64,000 nt of DNA from Nageia nagi. Lineage: Eukaryota; Plantae; Pinophyta. Under the pieces are notes generated by a model that worked only from the letters and a program-made list of their open reading frames with translations, was not told the origin of the DNA and did not search any database. The stretch is from positions 138,384,001 through 138,448,000 of the forward strand of contig JBITNC010000001.1 of the NCBI GenBank assembly GCA_050084985.1. Direction: 5' to 3'. Of the stretch, positions 26,101-38,100 are shown piece after piece. The stretch's first letter is position 1. The number at the start of each line of letters is the position of its first letter. The position numbers and the translations under genes are program-made.

Positions 26101-29100
26101 GTCCTAAGGCGACACATTAACTATTCAAAGAACACAAATTGGTAATTTGGGCATTAAGCTAGATATAAACAGTATGGTTCAAGAAAGTCAGTTTAGATCA
26201 TTACCGAAAGAAGTAGTAATCTAGGGAGAGACTGTAATTTGAAAGCTTTTTGTTGTAATTAAGGGAGAGACAAGAAGCATAAAAATTGTCCATGAGAATA
26301 GGCCTTTGACAAGATGTACGTTGTATATACTTCCAACACATAACCAATAAAACTTTTTGAATTGGATTCAGGTTCCATAATCTTGAAATTGCTGAATGAA
26401 GAAGCAAATGCAAAGTGGAGTAATATGCTTACTTTATTAGGAGAGATCATTAGACCAAACAAGAATGGACTTTTTCAGTCTCTTCAATAGGTTCAATATT
26501 TCTGAACAAAATAAAATATTTATTCTTTTGTCTTCAAAATAGTTTTTTTGATGATTAACAATGGTTTTATCTGAATTATGTCACTCCACTTATCATTTAT
26601 CTCAAACTGAAGGAGACACCCACTTCTCTGTAATTAAACATGTTAATATTACTGTGCCAACAGCTCCCAGATATAGATTTTCCCAGTGCCATTTAAATAA
26701 GTGACTCTTAACTCTTGTTGCATGTCAAAATCTCATTTGTTTGAATGCACATTTATTAAAGTAGATGTAAAATATGCTAGCTATAAATGCTTCTGAGATT
26801 TGAAGAAAATGGTTCTGCATATATAGCATATAGAGTTATGTTCTTGGTTCATGGATTCAAGATTTTACCTCTTTTCTATTAGTTTTTATGGAGAATGTTC
26901 GTAAGTGAGGATAATATTACCGTGTTCAAATTTAGTGGATGTCATAGGTGCCTTTCATTTTTTTCACGAGTATAAATACTACTTCAGGTGCATTTTTTCC
27001 GGCCAATTCCAAAGGAATACTTGCATTCTGCAGAGCTTTGTGACATTATGAAATTTGGGAGTAATGATTCTGCAGTTTTCTTTCAAATTAGTGTTGCAGG
27101 CACATTTCATGTTTTCAAATTTTGGACTAATCAGGTAACAAGAAAGGCCATTCCATATTTTATTCAAGTTAAACATTTTCTTTGTAAATATATTTGAAAC
27201 TGGCTGCTTGGTTTTCTATCGGCAAAACCTGTTTAGGGTGAAGAGATGTGTGAGGCACTGCGAACGCATATGTATGATGCAATGACAAAGTGCTTTGCAA
27301 GAACTCCATGTGTTTCAAATGGTGCTGTCCAGAACACTGAAACAGCATCATCAAATGTGAAACCCCCTGGTGTTAACGTTTACAAGAAGCATGTTGAAGA
27401 GCTGTCAAAACTTCTTCATAAAGCACAACAATGGATAGATGAAGTATGTTACATCTTCAAAATAGGCTAAACAGATTGCATTCTTAAGTATAGCTTTCAT
27501 TATAGATTTTTTCTTCTTATACTTGTTCCCTCTTGTAGCTTATAGAGAGTATGCGAGAGAAGGAGATACAAGAAAAGGAGTTGAGAACACAACTATGCTG
27601 TTTCAGAGATAGCTGGCAAGCAGAGAAGAAGAAACTTGTTGATGTTACCAATGAAAGTGAAGAGTTACGGAGATTGTTGGAAGAGAAAGAAACTGATCTT
27701 CAGGTCACTCAAATTTTCATGCTTATTGATTTCCTTATAGTAGAACAATTATGCAGATTAGACTTTGTGAATTGATGAACAAATATGTATGCCTATAAAG
27801 AATAGTAGCCAACAATGTTTTGTGCATCCCCTTGGCATGTGTTTGGTAGATATTATTTTCCTTTTTGTTTACTTATCAAAGAACACTTATGTATTGTGGA
27901 TTTCATCACCCATGCTAATAATGACCTCCTCTAGCCTCTCTGTGTCTTTTAACACATAGGTTATAATAATGTATTTTATCGTTATTTTCATCTATCTTGG
28001 TTTCTTCAATATATTGAAGAAATGTGCAAATTATTGTAAAAATATGCCATTTCTAAATTCTATAAGACTTATAAGCCCATTTTGTTGTCCAAGATTATTT
28101 AGATCTACAAAACCAAAAGTATCTATGGTAAAGTGTTTGACTTCAAAGATAAAAGTGGATAAAAAAAAATACCAGTTCATCATAAGTATGTTCTAACCGT
28201 TACATAGAGCTGGGCATAAATATGAATGAATATAAATGTCTGGCTATTGTGACATGTATATGGACTAAATTGTTGAAAATGCATGGCTAGGACTTGCAAC
28301 CGAGTGAAAATTAGCAATTTATGAAGAGAAGTGTTTTGAGTTAAGTCAGGAAGTTGAGCCCTAGGCAGATCATTTGTTTGTCATCATGACCGTTTCATTT
28401 CATAAATTACGAATTAGCAAAAAGAATTCAATTGACAAGATCCATAAATGATAATGGCCTTAGGATTGGAAACGATTTTGTGAAACGGAAAGGAACCTTG
28501 TATTCTCTGAGTATTCTTATTTCCAAAGACTCAAATAAAACAAGTTTCTATGTTGTCTTTCATTCTGTGGTTTGTATTTTCTGTTTCCCGCCCTCTATTA
28601 TCGGGGACGACAAGAATCCTGCTGCTTTTGGAAAGATGCAAATACCCATTTCAACAAATGCATCCCTTTTTTCCGTGCTCATTTGCAACAGAAATTTTTT
28701 GGAGATTCTTCCTAACCTTTACAGTCTTTCTTTGAGGAGAAAAGGCAAAATTAGTGAAATTTACCTGCAGCTAACACATTGTAAACTATTGTAATTTGTA
28801 ACCTTACCCGTGAAGATAATATCAGCTATTGTAACCTGTCCATTATGCATCTCGACCAGTCAGGAAGCTGAAAACCAAATGGAATACTGAGTAATTTATA
28901 AATTCACTTGGCCAAATTATATTCCAGCTTAAGTTTAGCCAGTCTGGAGGATCCTCCTATGCAATAATTAGTCTTTGCTTCCTGTGCACTCACCACCACA
29001 CTTATATTCTCCTATAACCTGTTCAGTATTTTTATCATTGGATTTACTTGCTTTTGGTAAAACGTTAACGAAGGTGTTCCACACATGGAAACTAGCTGCG

Positions 29101-32100
29101 ACATTGGCAGACCACTTCTGGGACATTGCTAATAAAAATTCTATCATGTATGCCAATTGGCGATATAAACTGCATAGGACTATATATATGCTTGTATTTC
29201 CTTCTTTTTACTGATTATAGCAGCCTCTTCTGGCATCCATGTGCTATGGTTTTACTTATACTGCTTCTTTCTGAGAAAGATTATTTAATCACCGAACATT
29301 AGTACTAATAAGGTATCCAGTTTTTGGATTCTTCAATGTACTGTAGGTGATGTATAAAGACTTCAAATTTTGATTTGATATTCAACTGGACAATCCCAAT
29401 AGGATATTTACAATGCATATTCTTGTAATGCCCTGTAAAATATTTATCATTTTGATATCCAATCATGTGCTATGGTTTTACTTATACTGCTTCTTTCTGA
29501 GAAAGATTATTTAATCACCGAACATTAGTACTAATAAGGTATCCAGTTTTTGGATTCTTCAATGTACTGTAGGTGATGTATAAAGACTTCAAATTTTGAT
29601 TTGATATTCAACTGGACAATCCCAATAGGATATTAACAATGCATATTCTTGTAATGCCCTGTAAAATATTTATCATTTTGATATCCAATCATGTGGTAGC
29701 TATTAGAAAATCGTTCATATTACATCTGTAACCATGTTCAACATTCTGACCAACAGCTGAAGGTTAAAAAGGGTTCTGTTTTGTTCATTTAAGGTGTATT
29801 TTATCCCCACATATAAGGTCTATGATTTTCCTAAATTTAAACTTTCCAAAGTGCAACAACTACAGCTCATTTTCTTGATTAATGCTTTGTTAAGTCTGCA
29901 TTCTCACAATGGCCATAAGATAACATGTGATGTATGGATGATAAATGTCTATCCTAATAAATAGGCCCTACTACTCTTAAATGAATAAAATTTTCTACAA
30001 TAGTGTTTTCCATGGGCTGAAAGGTTGCACTATATCTATTTTCTAAATCCCTTTACAGAATGTTTCTCTGTTTTTTAACTGCAAAACAGGAAGCATTGGC
30101 TAATGCAAGGATAATGAGCCTGTCTGATTGGGAGAAAAGGAATTTTCTACTGGAACAAGAAAGAAGTACACAAATACAGAACCTCGTATCTCAGGTAAGT
30201 AGTATTTAGTTGAATCTTATAATTTAATCTAAAATAACAGCACACTCCTTTTACTTTTCTTTCTGGTTGAGAAGCAGTTGTTCACTACACTGTTGATTTA
30301 ACCTACATATCTGAAGTTTTCAAAAGAAATGATAGCAATGTAATCCTAACAGTTTAAGAATTTTTCAATGACTCCATGTAATTCGTAAGTGATACCCTTA
30401 ACAGATAGACAATTTGAGAAATGAATTAAGGATAAAGTCAGAAGAGCTGAGATGTAGCGAAGAGGCCTGTAAGAAGCTAGCAATTGAGAAAGGGCTACTT
30501 GAGCAAACAGTTAGTAGGGATGGTAAAAGCAACACTGATGAGGTGAGGAATGATTTGGGTGCTTTTATGTATCTCTTTCTTAAGTTGTGCTGAACTTATA
30601 TCTGAGATGGTGTTACAATTGTCAACATTTTAGCAGATCCCTGCTCTTGAAACTGTTTTTCAGAAAGAACGTGAAGAACTTATCATCCGTGCTTCTGAAT
30701 TAGAGAAGAAGGTTGGCGAATGCACAAAGGAGTTGTGTACAGCACAGTCTAATATTGTTTTGCACAAATCCAAAATTCAATCCTTGCAAGATATAATTAA
30801 GAAATTACAGAAACTGCATGAATTCAGGCAGGTTAGAAAGATCTCCAAATTCTAAGTGTTTTGGAAAGGACAAGAAAAAATAGAGATTCTAGTAAATATG
30901 AGTTATGCTAAATCATGCAGCACTTAAAACTCTCATAAAACATTCACACATTTCTCTCTTATTGAGTTCAGTGAACCTTCTTCCTTTGATCTCATATAAA
31001 GTTATTTTTGAGTTGAATGTTATAAACTTCTAATGCTAATCACTTCCCATGAATTTCACTAGTGTCAAAATAAATAAGCCTCTGCTTGTAGAATGTCTGA
31101 CTTATTTTATTCCTTTTCTATCCATCAGGATGTTGATCAGCAGAATGAGCACACTCAACAACTTATCAATGATCAACAGAAAAAGATAACTGAACTTGAA
31201 AAACTGTACAAAGATGAGCAGGTTCTTCGCAAGAAATATTTCAATATGATGGAAGGCAAGTTTTGTCACTCGTAGGGTATGCATATTTCATTTCTTGGAG
31301 TGTTACCTGTAAATTAATATTATTTTTAGAATAATTTGTCCTTTTGTTTTTGTTGCTAAGCAGATTCTTACTAGGATGATACTAGTTCTTCAATGTTTAG
31401 GTAATATGTGCTTGTCTTTTTTTATTAATAGGGTAAATATTATTAATAAAAAAAAGCTAGAGTTTTAAAGGATCTCCAAAACCTTTATAATAGATGTTCT
31501 CTTTGATATCAGTGGATTTCATAAGCATAGTAGGAGTACAAAAAAGTAGTTTGTATCTTCCGGATAGCACTGTAGTTCCAGCTGACCATTACAGAGGAGA
31601 GTGAAGCATGACCACTTCATATACTATCATAGTATTGCATTTATAGAGTATAGGTATAAACAAAAAAAGTATATTTTGCTTACAACACGTAGGAACGTTG
31701 CTGCAAAATTTGTCTTTCTCTTAAATTTGTTATAGGTAGATGATGTCCTTTTTATGTTCAAATTTGAAGATCTTCTCTCCATAGTTGTTTTTGTAAAATT
31801 TGATGTATACTCTCTCATTCATTGTGATGCATAATGCTGAATCTGGTGGGGTATATTCAAAGAGCTGGCTTTTTTGTCCTCTCATTTTTGTAGCTTCTAC
31901 TAACATCTTATTATAAATCAAGTTGTCCTTTGGCATGAGCATTGGTATTCCTTTTGGTATCCTTTTACCCCCCATTGGTATCAACAGTGTTTCCATTGGT
32001 TCCTTCGTTACTTTCTTCTTCTTATTATTCATTTTATGTTGTTCAGTATTAGTTGTTGATTGTCCTGTACATCTTACCACCTTGCATTTTTTGGTCTTGA

Positions 32101-35100
32101 ACTCCATTGGCTGTGTTGGGTGCTTTTTCTTTCCTACCTTGTTGATTGGCAAATTGACTCACAAGGCTTGAGGGAGGCACCAACACTTGAGTGGAAGGGC
32201 ATGACCCCTACCCACTATGAGGAATCCAACCTCAAAGGTCTCTTAGAATGGATGGGCTAAGATTGACTCAGGAGACTCGGTTGATATGTTTGAAGCTATC
32301 ACAACGGAGGAGCCCTTCAACTGGGCGAAGGTCCTCGAGTCTACATGTTGGGAACATTCCCCATTGGAGGCATTCTCAATCTCCTCATTGCTTTCATCCA
32401 TCCGATAGGTTTCCAAGTGCTGGAGGTACTCATCTAGAAAGCTAAAGTCCTTCTCCTCAATCACATTGGCATTGGAGGGTCCAGGTGTTAAAATTATCTC
32501 CTTCCCTAAGTCTTGCCTTTGCTTCTTGCGTTGTTCCATCACAACCTTTCCATTCACCTACTCCTTCATCTAAGATGGAATTTGCCTTAGTTCACTAGGG
32601 GTCTCTTCTAGTGCAAAGTATTGGTTTGCAACCAAGGTAAGGGTGTCTTTCTGAGGCTCCTTTGTGAGGTTGACTTGAAAGGTAGGGGTTTGGAGGCCAT
32701 CACTTCATTTTGAGGTGATGATCGTAGTAAAACAGGAGGTGATTGATGAGGTGTTGGTGGTGGTGCAGCAATTCATTGGTGCATTGCAGAGGGTCACACT
32801 TGAGGAACAAAAGTTAAAAGACATTGTGATAAAGAGAGTTAGCCTTCTCAGAATTTTGGATTCTCGAAAGCCAATGATAATAAAATTTGAGATGACATAG
32901 GATTGGAGGCTTGAGGATGTGAAGTTTTACGAGGATTACTGGGTCTAATTGGGTGTTTGCAATCAGATAGCTATTCGTTTCTAGGAGGTGTAGAAGGAGG
33001 TTGAAGCACTCAATGACAAGGCCAACACTAGCCTTGAACAGATGGATTTACAGGTCAAGTTCATAGATGATGATGCTACCATTAGAGATAAAGACCTAAT
33101 AGTGGAAAAAGTTGGACACCTCTTCATAGCTTGATCATGATTGATGACATCAACACCTATCAGACTGGAAGTCACCTCAGACACCTGTTGAAAGCTCATG
33201 CTTGGAGGAGAGACATGCAGAGGATGACTGAAGAGGTTGGATGCTATGTTGCCGGGAATGGGACAAAGCTATCAAAGATGCTACATGGATTGGAATTCAC
33301 AAGGAAATTCTTGGACAAGTATTTCGAGGGACGCATTGAGGCTTTGGGCCGACATTCATCTTAGTCACAATTTATGTAGTTTGATGTTTTATTTCCAAGA
33401 ATAGACACTTATTTTGACAAAGTATTATTATTATATTGGTTATTTAATTCCCAAGCTTGTGATGGATGAGGATTTGCTCCCACAAGCTTGGAAGACATTT
33501 TGTAATGCCATGTGGCAATTTGTGATTTTTCCATTTGTATTTTCTTGCATTTTGAAATTAGGGTTATTGCAACATTTAGGGTTGCCAAAAAAAATATTTA
33601 TAGCCCATTTGGGCTCATTTGTAGGGGATTATACATTTGGCAAATTGGACAACTTACTTAATACTTTCAAGCTTGCAAATTTTCTCAATTTGTGAATGTG
33701 ATATATTCCAAGCAATTGAATAGTGAATGCTCTCATTTGGAACTATGAATTTGAATGTATGTTATTACCTTATGCTGTCTTGAATACTTGCTACATTTAG
33801 TAAATATTGTTTAAGGTGGACAAAAGAGTGCTTGAACATTCTCATAAGCATTGCAAGAAGTGTATGGTTGTATAACAATTCTTAGTTTGTATTATAGACA
33901 TGTACAGCTTGAGATGGCTCCCATATGTCACTTAACATAGGAACTTCACTCCCTTGTCCAAGGTCTACCCACGTTTCCTCATCTATCTCTATCGCCTTAG
34001 CTTCAAGCTCCTCTTTTCAGTTCATTCGTGTTGTTGACTAGCAAGTCAAATCCGGAGTGCGTGGAACCTATGACAAGCCTATGAGAGTTGATTCTTGAAG
34101 CCTGTACTAGTTGGTCAAATTCACATATCACTATCTATCCAACCTTTTCTTTTATTTTCCATTTTCTTTTTGCATAGTTTTCGCAACATACCCCTTTTTT
34201 TTTTGAGAAACAAATGATTTTTGGAGATAGGAGTCCTTGGTTAACAAATAGTATTTGAGTTAGAGATAGCTTTAAACATCTTGGCCAGTCATCTAAGCAA
34301 CCTCTTGCACACCCATCACGAAACCTTTGAGGTACCCAATCCTCATAGCAGGTAGGGGACACACCCTATCACTTAGGTGTTGGTGTCTTTCTACAAGCCT
34401 TGCAAGCTCAGTTTCCCATTAGCAAAGTAGGAAAGAAAACGCCCCCAACAACTCCTTGCTCATTTTTTTTTCTAAATAGCTCCTTTATAACAGCATAACC
34501 TGTTCAGATAGCTGTTCATGAAATTTTTATTTCTAAGTGAAAATTGACCTTCTTTTTGCTGCCTGCATAGTTATGATCCTGTTGATTTAACAAATTGAAT
34601 GAATTTGTTTCTTTTTTGATTCTGCTTCTGTAGCTGAGACTAATGCTGGAACTAGGCCTATAATGATTTTGACCTATTACTAATCTTTTGCATTTGGTTT
34701 TATGTAGTTTTTCTCTTTGTTTTCCAACTGTTTGCATCTGATAGTCAGTTGTGGGTGGGTGGAACAGTCTTCTTTAGGATGCAAATGTTTTCAAGCCTCT
34801 TCACCTAGTTATTGCTGATTTACCTAATTTGGGATTTTTGGCCTTCCAAAGTCCTTGAGGGGCTCTAGGATCTTGATTTTCTTAAATTCTGTAGGTTATC
34901 ATTCCCGTTTCCTCAAGTTGGATCTTTTTCTCTACCTGTTTTAGATTTTCTTCAACCATATTACTGCAATTTGCCTGTTCCATTGGTGCCTTTCCATGAG
35001 GGGGGGTTGCAATTTCATACAAAGGAATCTCACTATGAGGAACCATTTGGATATTAGACATTTCCAATCATATTGCATGATAATATGTAACTTCAACTCG

Positions 35101-38100
35101 ATCCATAAATTTTTAAACCAAGATAGCCAAAACAAGCTTGGCGATTTTATTATACATATTATGTGAGAAACAATTCTTTAAATACTTAATATATTTTTAC
35201 TTCTGGATAGTCTTTGGTAAGTCCTACAAACCTTTGGGTTTGAAAGGATCTACTAACCATTGGGTTTAAAAGGATGTTAAAACTTATCCTATCTATCTTA
35301 TATTTGTAGGGTTCCTCATCCACCATATGTTTTTAAATGATTTCTTGATATTCAAATTTTAAACATCTATGCAAGGATGAAGTAATACTTTCCATGGATT
35401 GAATCCATGATCTTCCTAAAAGCAAATTATATGGAAATAATCCCTTGATTGTATAACATGGAGTTTACAATAGCTTTGGTCCTGCTTGGAATGGAAAAAA
35501 ATATCACTCCTACTATTTGCTTTTTTTCATTGTCAAATCCCTTTGTTTTCATGCTAGATTCTTGAATGGGTGGAAGGTTTTCTTCTTTGAAATGTTGTAA
35601 GAATGTTGTTGTGTAGATATTAATGCTTGACCCATTATCCACAAGTTTTCTTTTGACTTCTTTGTCCATGATTTTGACCTTAATATATAGAGCTAAGCTT
35701 TTGTCTATCACATATTGGGTCAGAATTTCAGATGGATAAAATGTTATGCCTCTATATTGAAGTTTTCAGGAATCTGCAATAGTTCCAAATATTGAAGCAT
35801 TTAAATCACCAGGCACTTGTTCTTTTTTGGATGCTTCATAAAGGTCCTTTCTGTGTGCTTCTGAAATTTGGAGCAATTCATATGAAGACATTTTGGCTTG
35901 GATATTTTTCAATTGCTCAATAAGATTATATGCCTTTGGATCTGATGGAGATTGCATTCTTTAAGTTGTTACTGGATTTGTTACTCCTTTGGCCTTCCTC
36001 TTTTTGCATAGGCACATAAATCAGGATTAAAAATTGTTACACCACAAATTAGATCATATTCAGATGAAACTTAGAATATTATTAGCTGATTTCTTCAATT
36101 CAGATGGGATTGTTTTAGGACACATATTTTCCTTCATTGATTAATTGCTGAAATTCATTTTTCAATTGATCACATGCATTGGTTTTGTGTCCTTTGGTTT
36201 GATGATAGGAACAATAGATTGTTTCTCTATACCATTTAGGTTTTTCTGCAATATTATCCTCTTGGGCTTTCTGGGGAGGCAAAGCAATGAGCATTTTCTG
36301 AAACAAAACAGCCAAGATAACTCTAGGTGGTATAGGAAATAACGTCCTTTGTTCTTTTTGTGTTTGTGATCTTATCAAGGTAGGCTTTCTTCAGAACCAT
36401 CTTCTTTTCTCCATTTTTGACTAGATATGGCCTCTTGTTACCATTTCCACTTCCTTATTTAATGATTTTGGCTTCTGACAACAATTGCTCTTTTTCCAAC
36501 ATTGCTTGTTCCAAACTCCCAAATCATGAGTTTATAATATCCACAGAAAAAACACCTAATATTTCTCAATAGGGATTTGATTAGGACTTGATTGATCTCT
36601 CTTTCTGAGATTGCTGTTCAAAAGGATTGCCACACTTTTTTGAATCTAAGAATGTATTTTTCCAATTTTTCATTTGTGCATTGTTGAAAGGCATACAAAT
36701 ATGCTAAAGTGGGCAATTTTTTTATGTTGTACTTGTATTGATTGAAAAAGGTTTTGCCAACTTTCCAAGTAACTTCCACAAAACTGTGAAGTGATTTACG
36801 AGGCAATTTGTAAAACCTTTCTTCTAGGAAATAACCGTCTTTGTTACCAAAATGAAAAAATGATTTCTTCTTGTTGGTAAGGGAGAATCCCCCCTTTCAA
36901 GGTGGGGAGGGGAGGGGTAAATGGTTCCCCTCAGGGCTGTAGCTGTCCCTCCATGCATGCATGTAGATGATGTAATATTCTCAAAACTAGGGGAAGCACA
37001 ATTTGTAGCAAAATACCAAACTATAGTTCTAACCTTATTACTTCAACTCAAGAAAATTAGCAAAATTACCCAATGATGCCCTAACTTAATGCAGAATATT
37101 TAATTAACTCAAATCAAGCTCATAAATTAGGACAAATTATGCAAGTGCTCAAAATATTCAAAACAAGGCACAATAACTCAAGCGACCAATATTACAAAAT
37201 TGAGGTGAATTAATGAGACCAAAAAATATACAATAAATACCATAAATTCTGAAATGTCCAAACGAACCAAGAGAATGATCTCAAAGAGCTCAAAATTCTC
37301 TTCTAGGGGTGACATCTCACTAGGGAGCTAGATTCACCACTTCAAAGATGCCAAACTAACTCCTTGAGCTAGACATCTCACTTATGGGGCTAGGACGGAT
37401 TCCAGGATCCCTTCTTCACCTTCCAAGCTCAACATGGTAGATCTTCACTCGAACTGCTCCAGGTCTATTCGAGGCTAATTTTTTAAGTATATGATGCACT
37501 AGGGCCTAACTACCAACTTTAGGGTTTTTGTTTGCAAGATGGGCTTTCTCTTCAAGGGTTTCATCTTTTAGAAAGATTCTTTGTAGGGTTTTTGTCCTTT
37601 GAGAGAGAGAAGCATGTGCTCCAAAAAGTGTGTTTAAAAGATATCAGGACATGTCCTCAAGTCATGCGCTAATTCCCTTATATAGTGCACTTTGGAGAAG
37701 CCTTATTCTATTTGTGGTTGGCCGACCCAACTCAGACATAAAATTACTCCTAATTAATAATTAGACCTTTCTATATTGGGCGTCCACCTTTGGGGAGTAA
37801 ACAAGGTCCTCAAATTACAAATATGGCCCACAAATACTAAGAAGATAATAAAGACACCTGTTTTAACTTGAAAGGACTCTAACACACCTAGAGGTGTGAT
37901 GTCCACCTTTGAAGTGCTCAATTTCTAGTTTTCGCACCCAAGAATGAGGCATCCAACATCATAGAGTCAAAATATAATTTTTGTGTGTCCCACCAACACC
38001 AAACTTTTACAAGAACATAAAATATCCCTAATTACTAGAAAATTACAATGAAGAGGAGCGTCCCACTTAATTTGGCACATAGAAATAGAATATCTTAATT

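Noticed and set aside
28432-29214. Intronic ORFs of 120 and 79 aa as possible extra KCBP exons
   Set aside because: No coiled-coil character or KCBP similarity; exons ending 27703 and starting 30090 join in phase without them.
31730-32152. 140-aa Lys-rich minus-strand ORF
   Set aside because: No recognisable domain and it breaks into stops downstream; probably TE debris, left unresolved.
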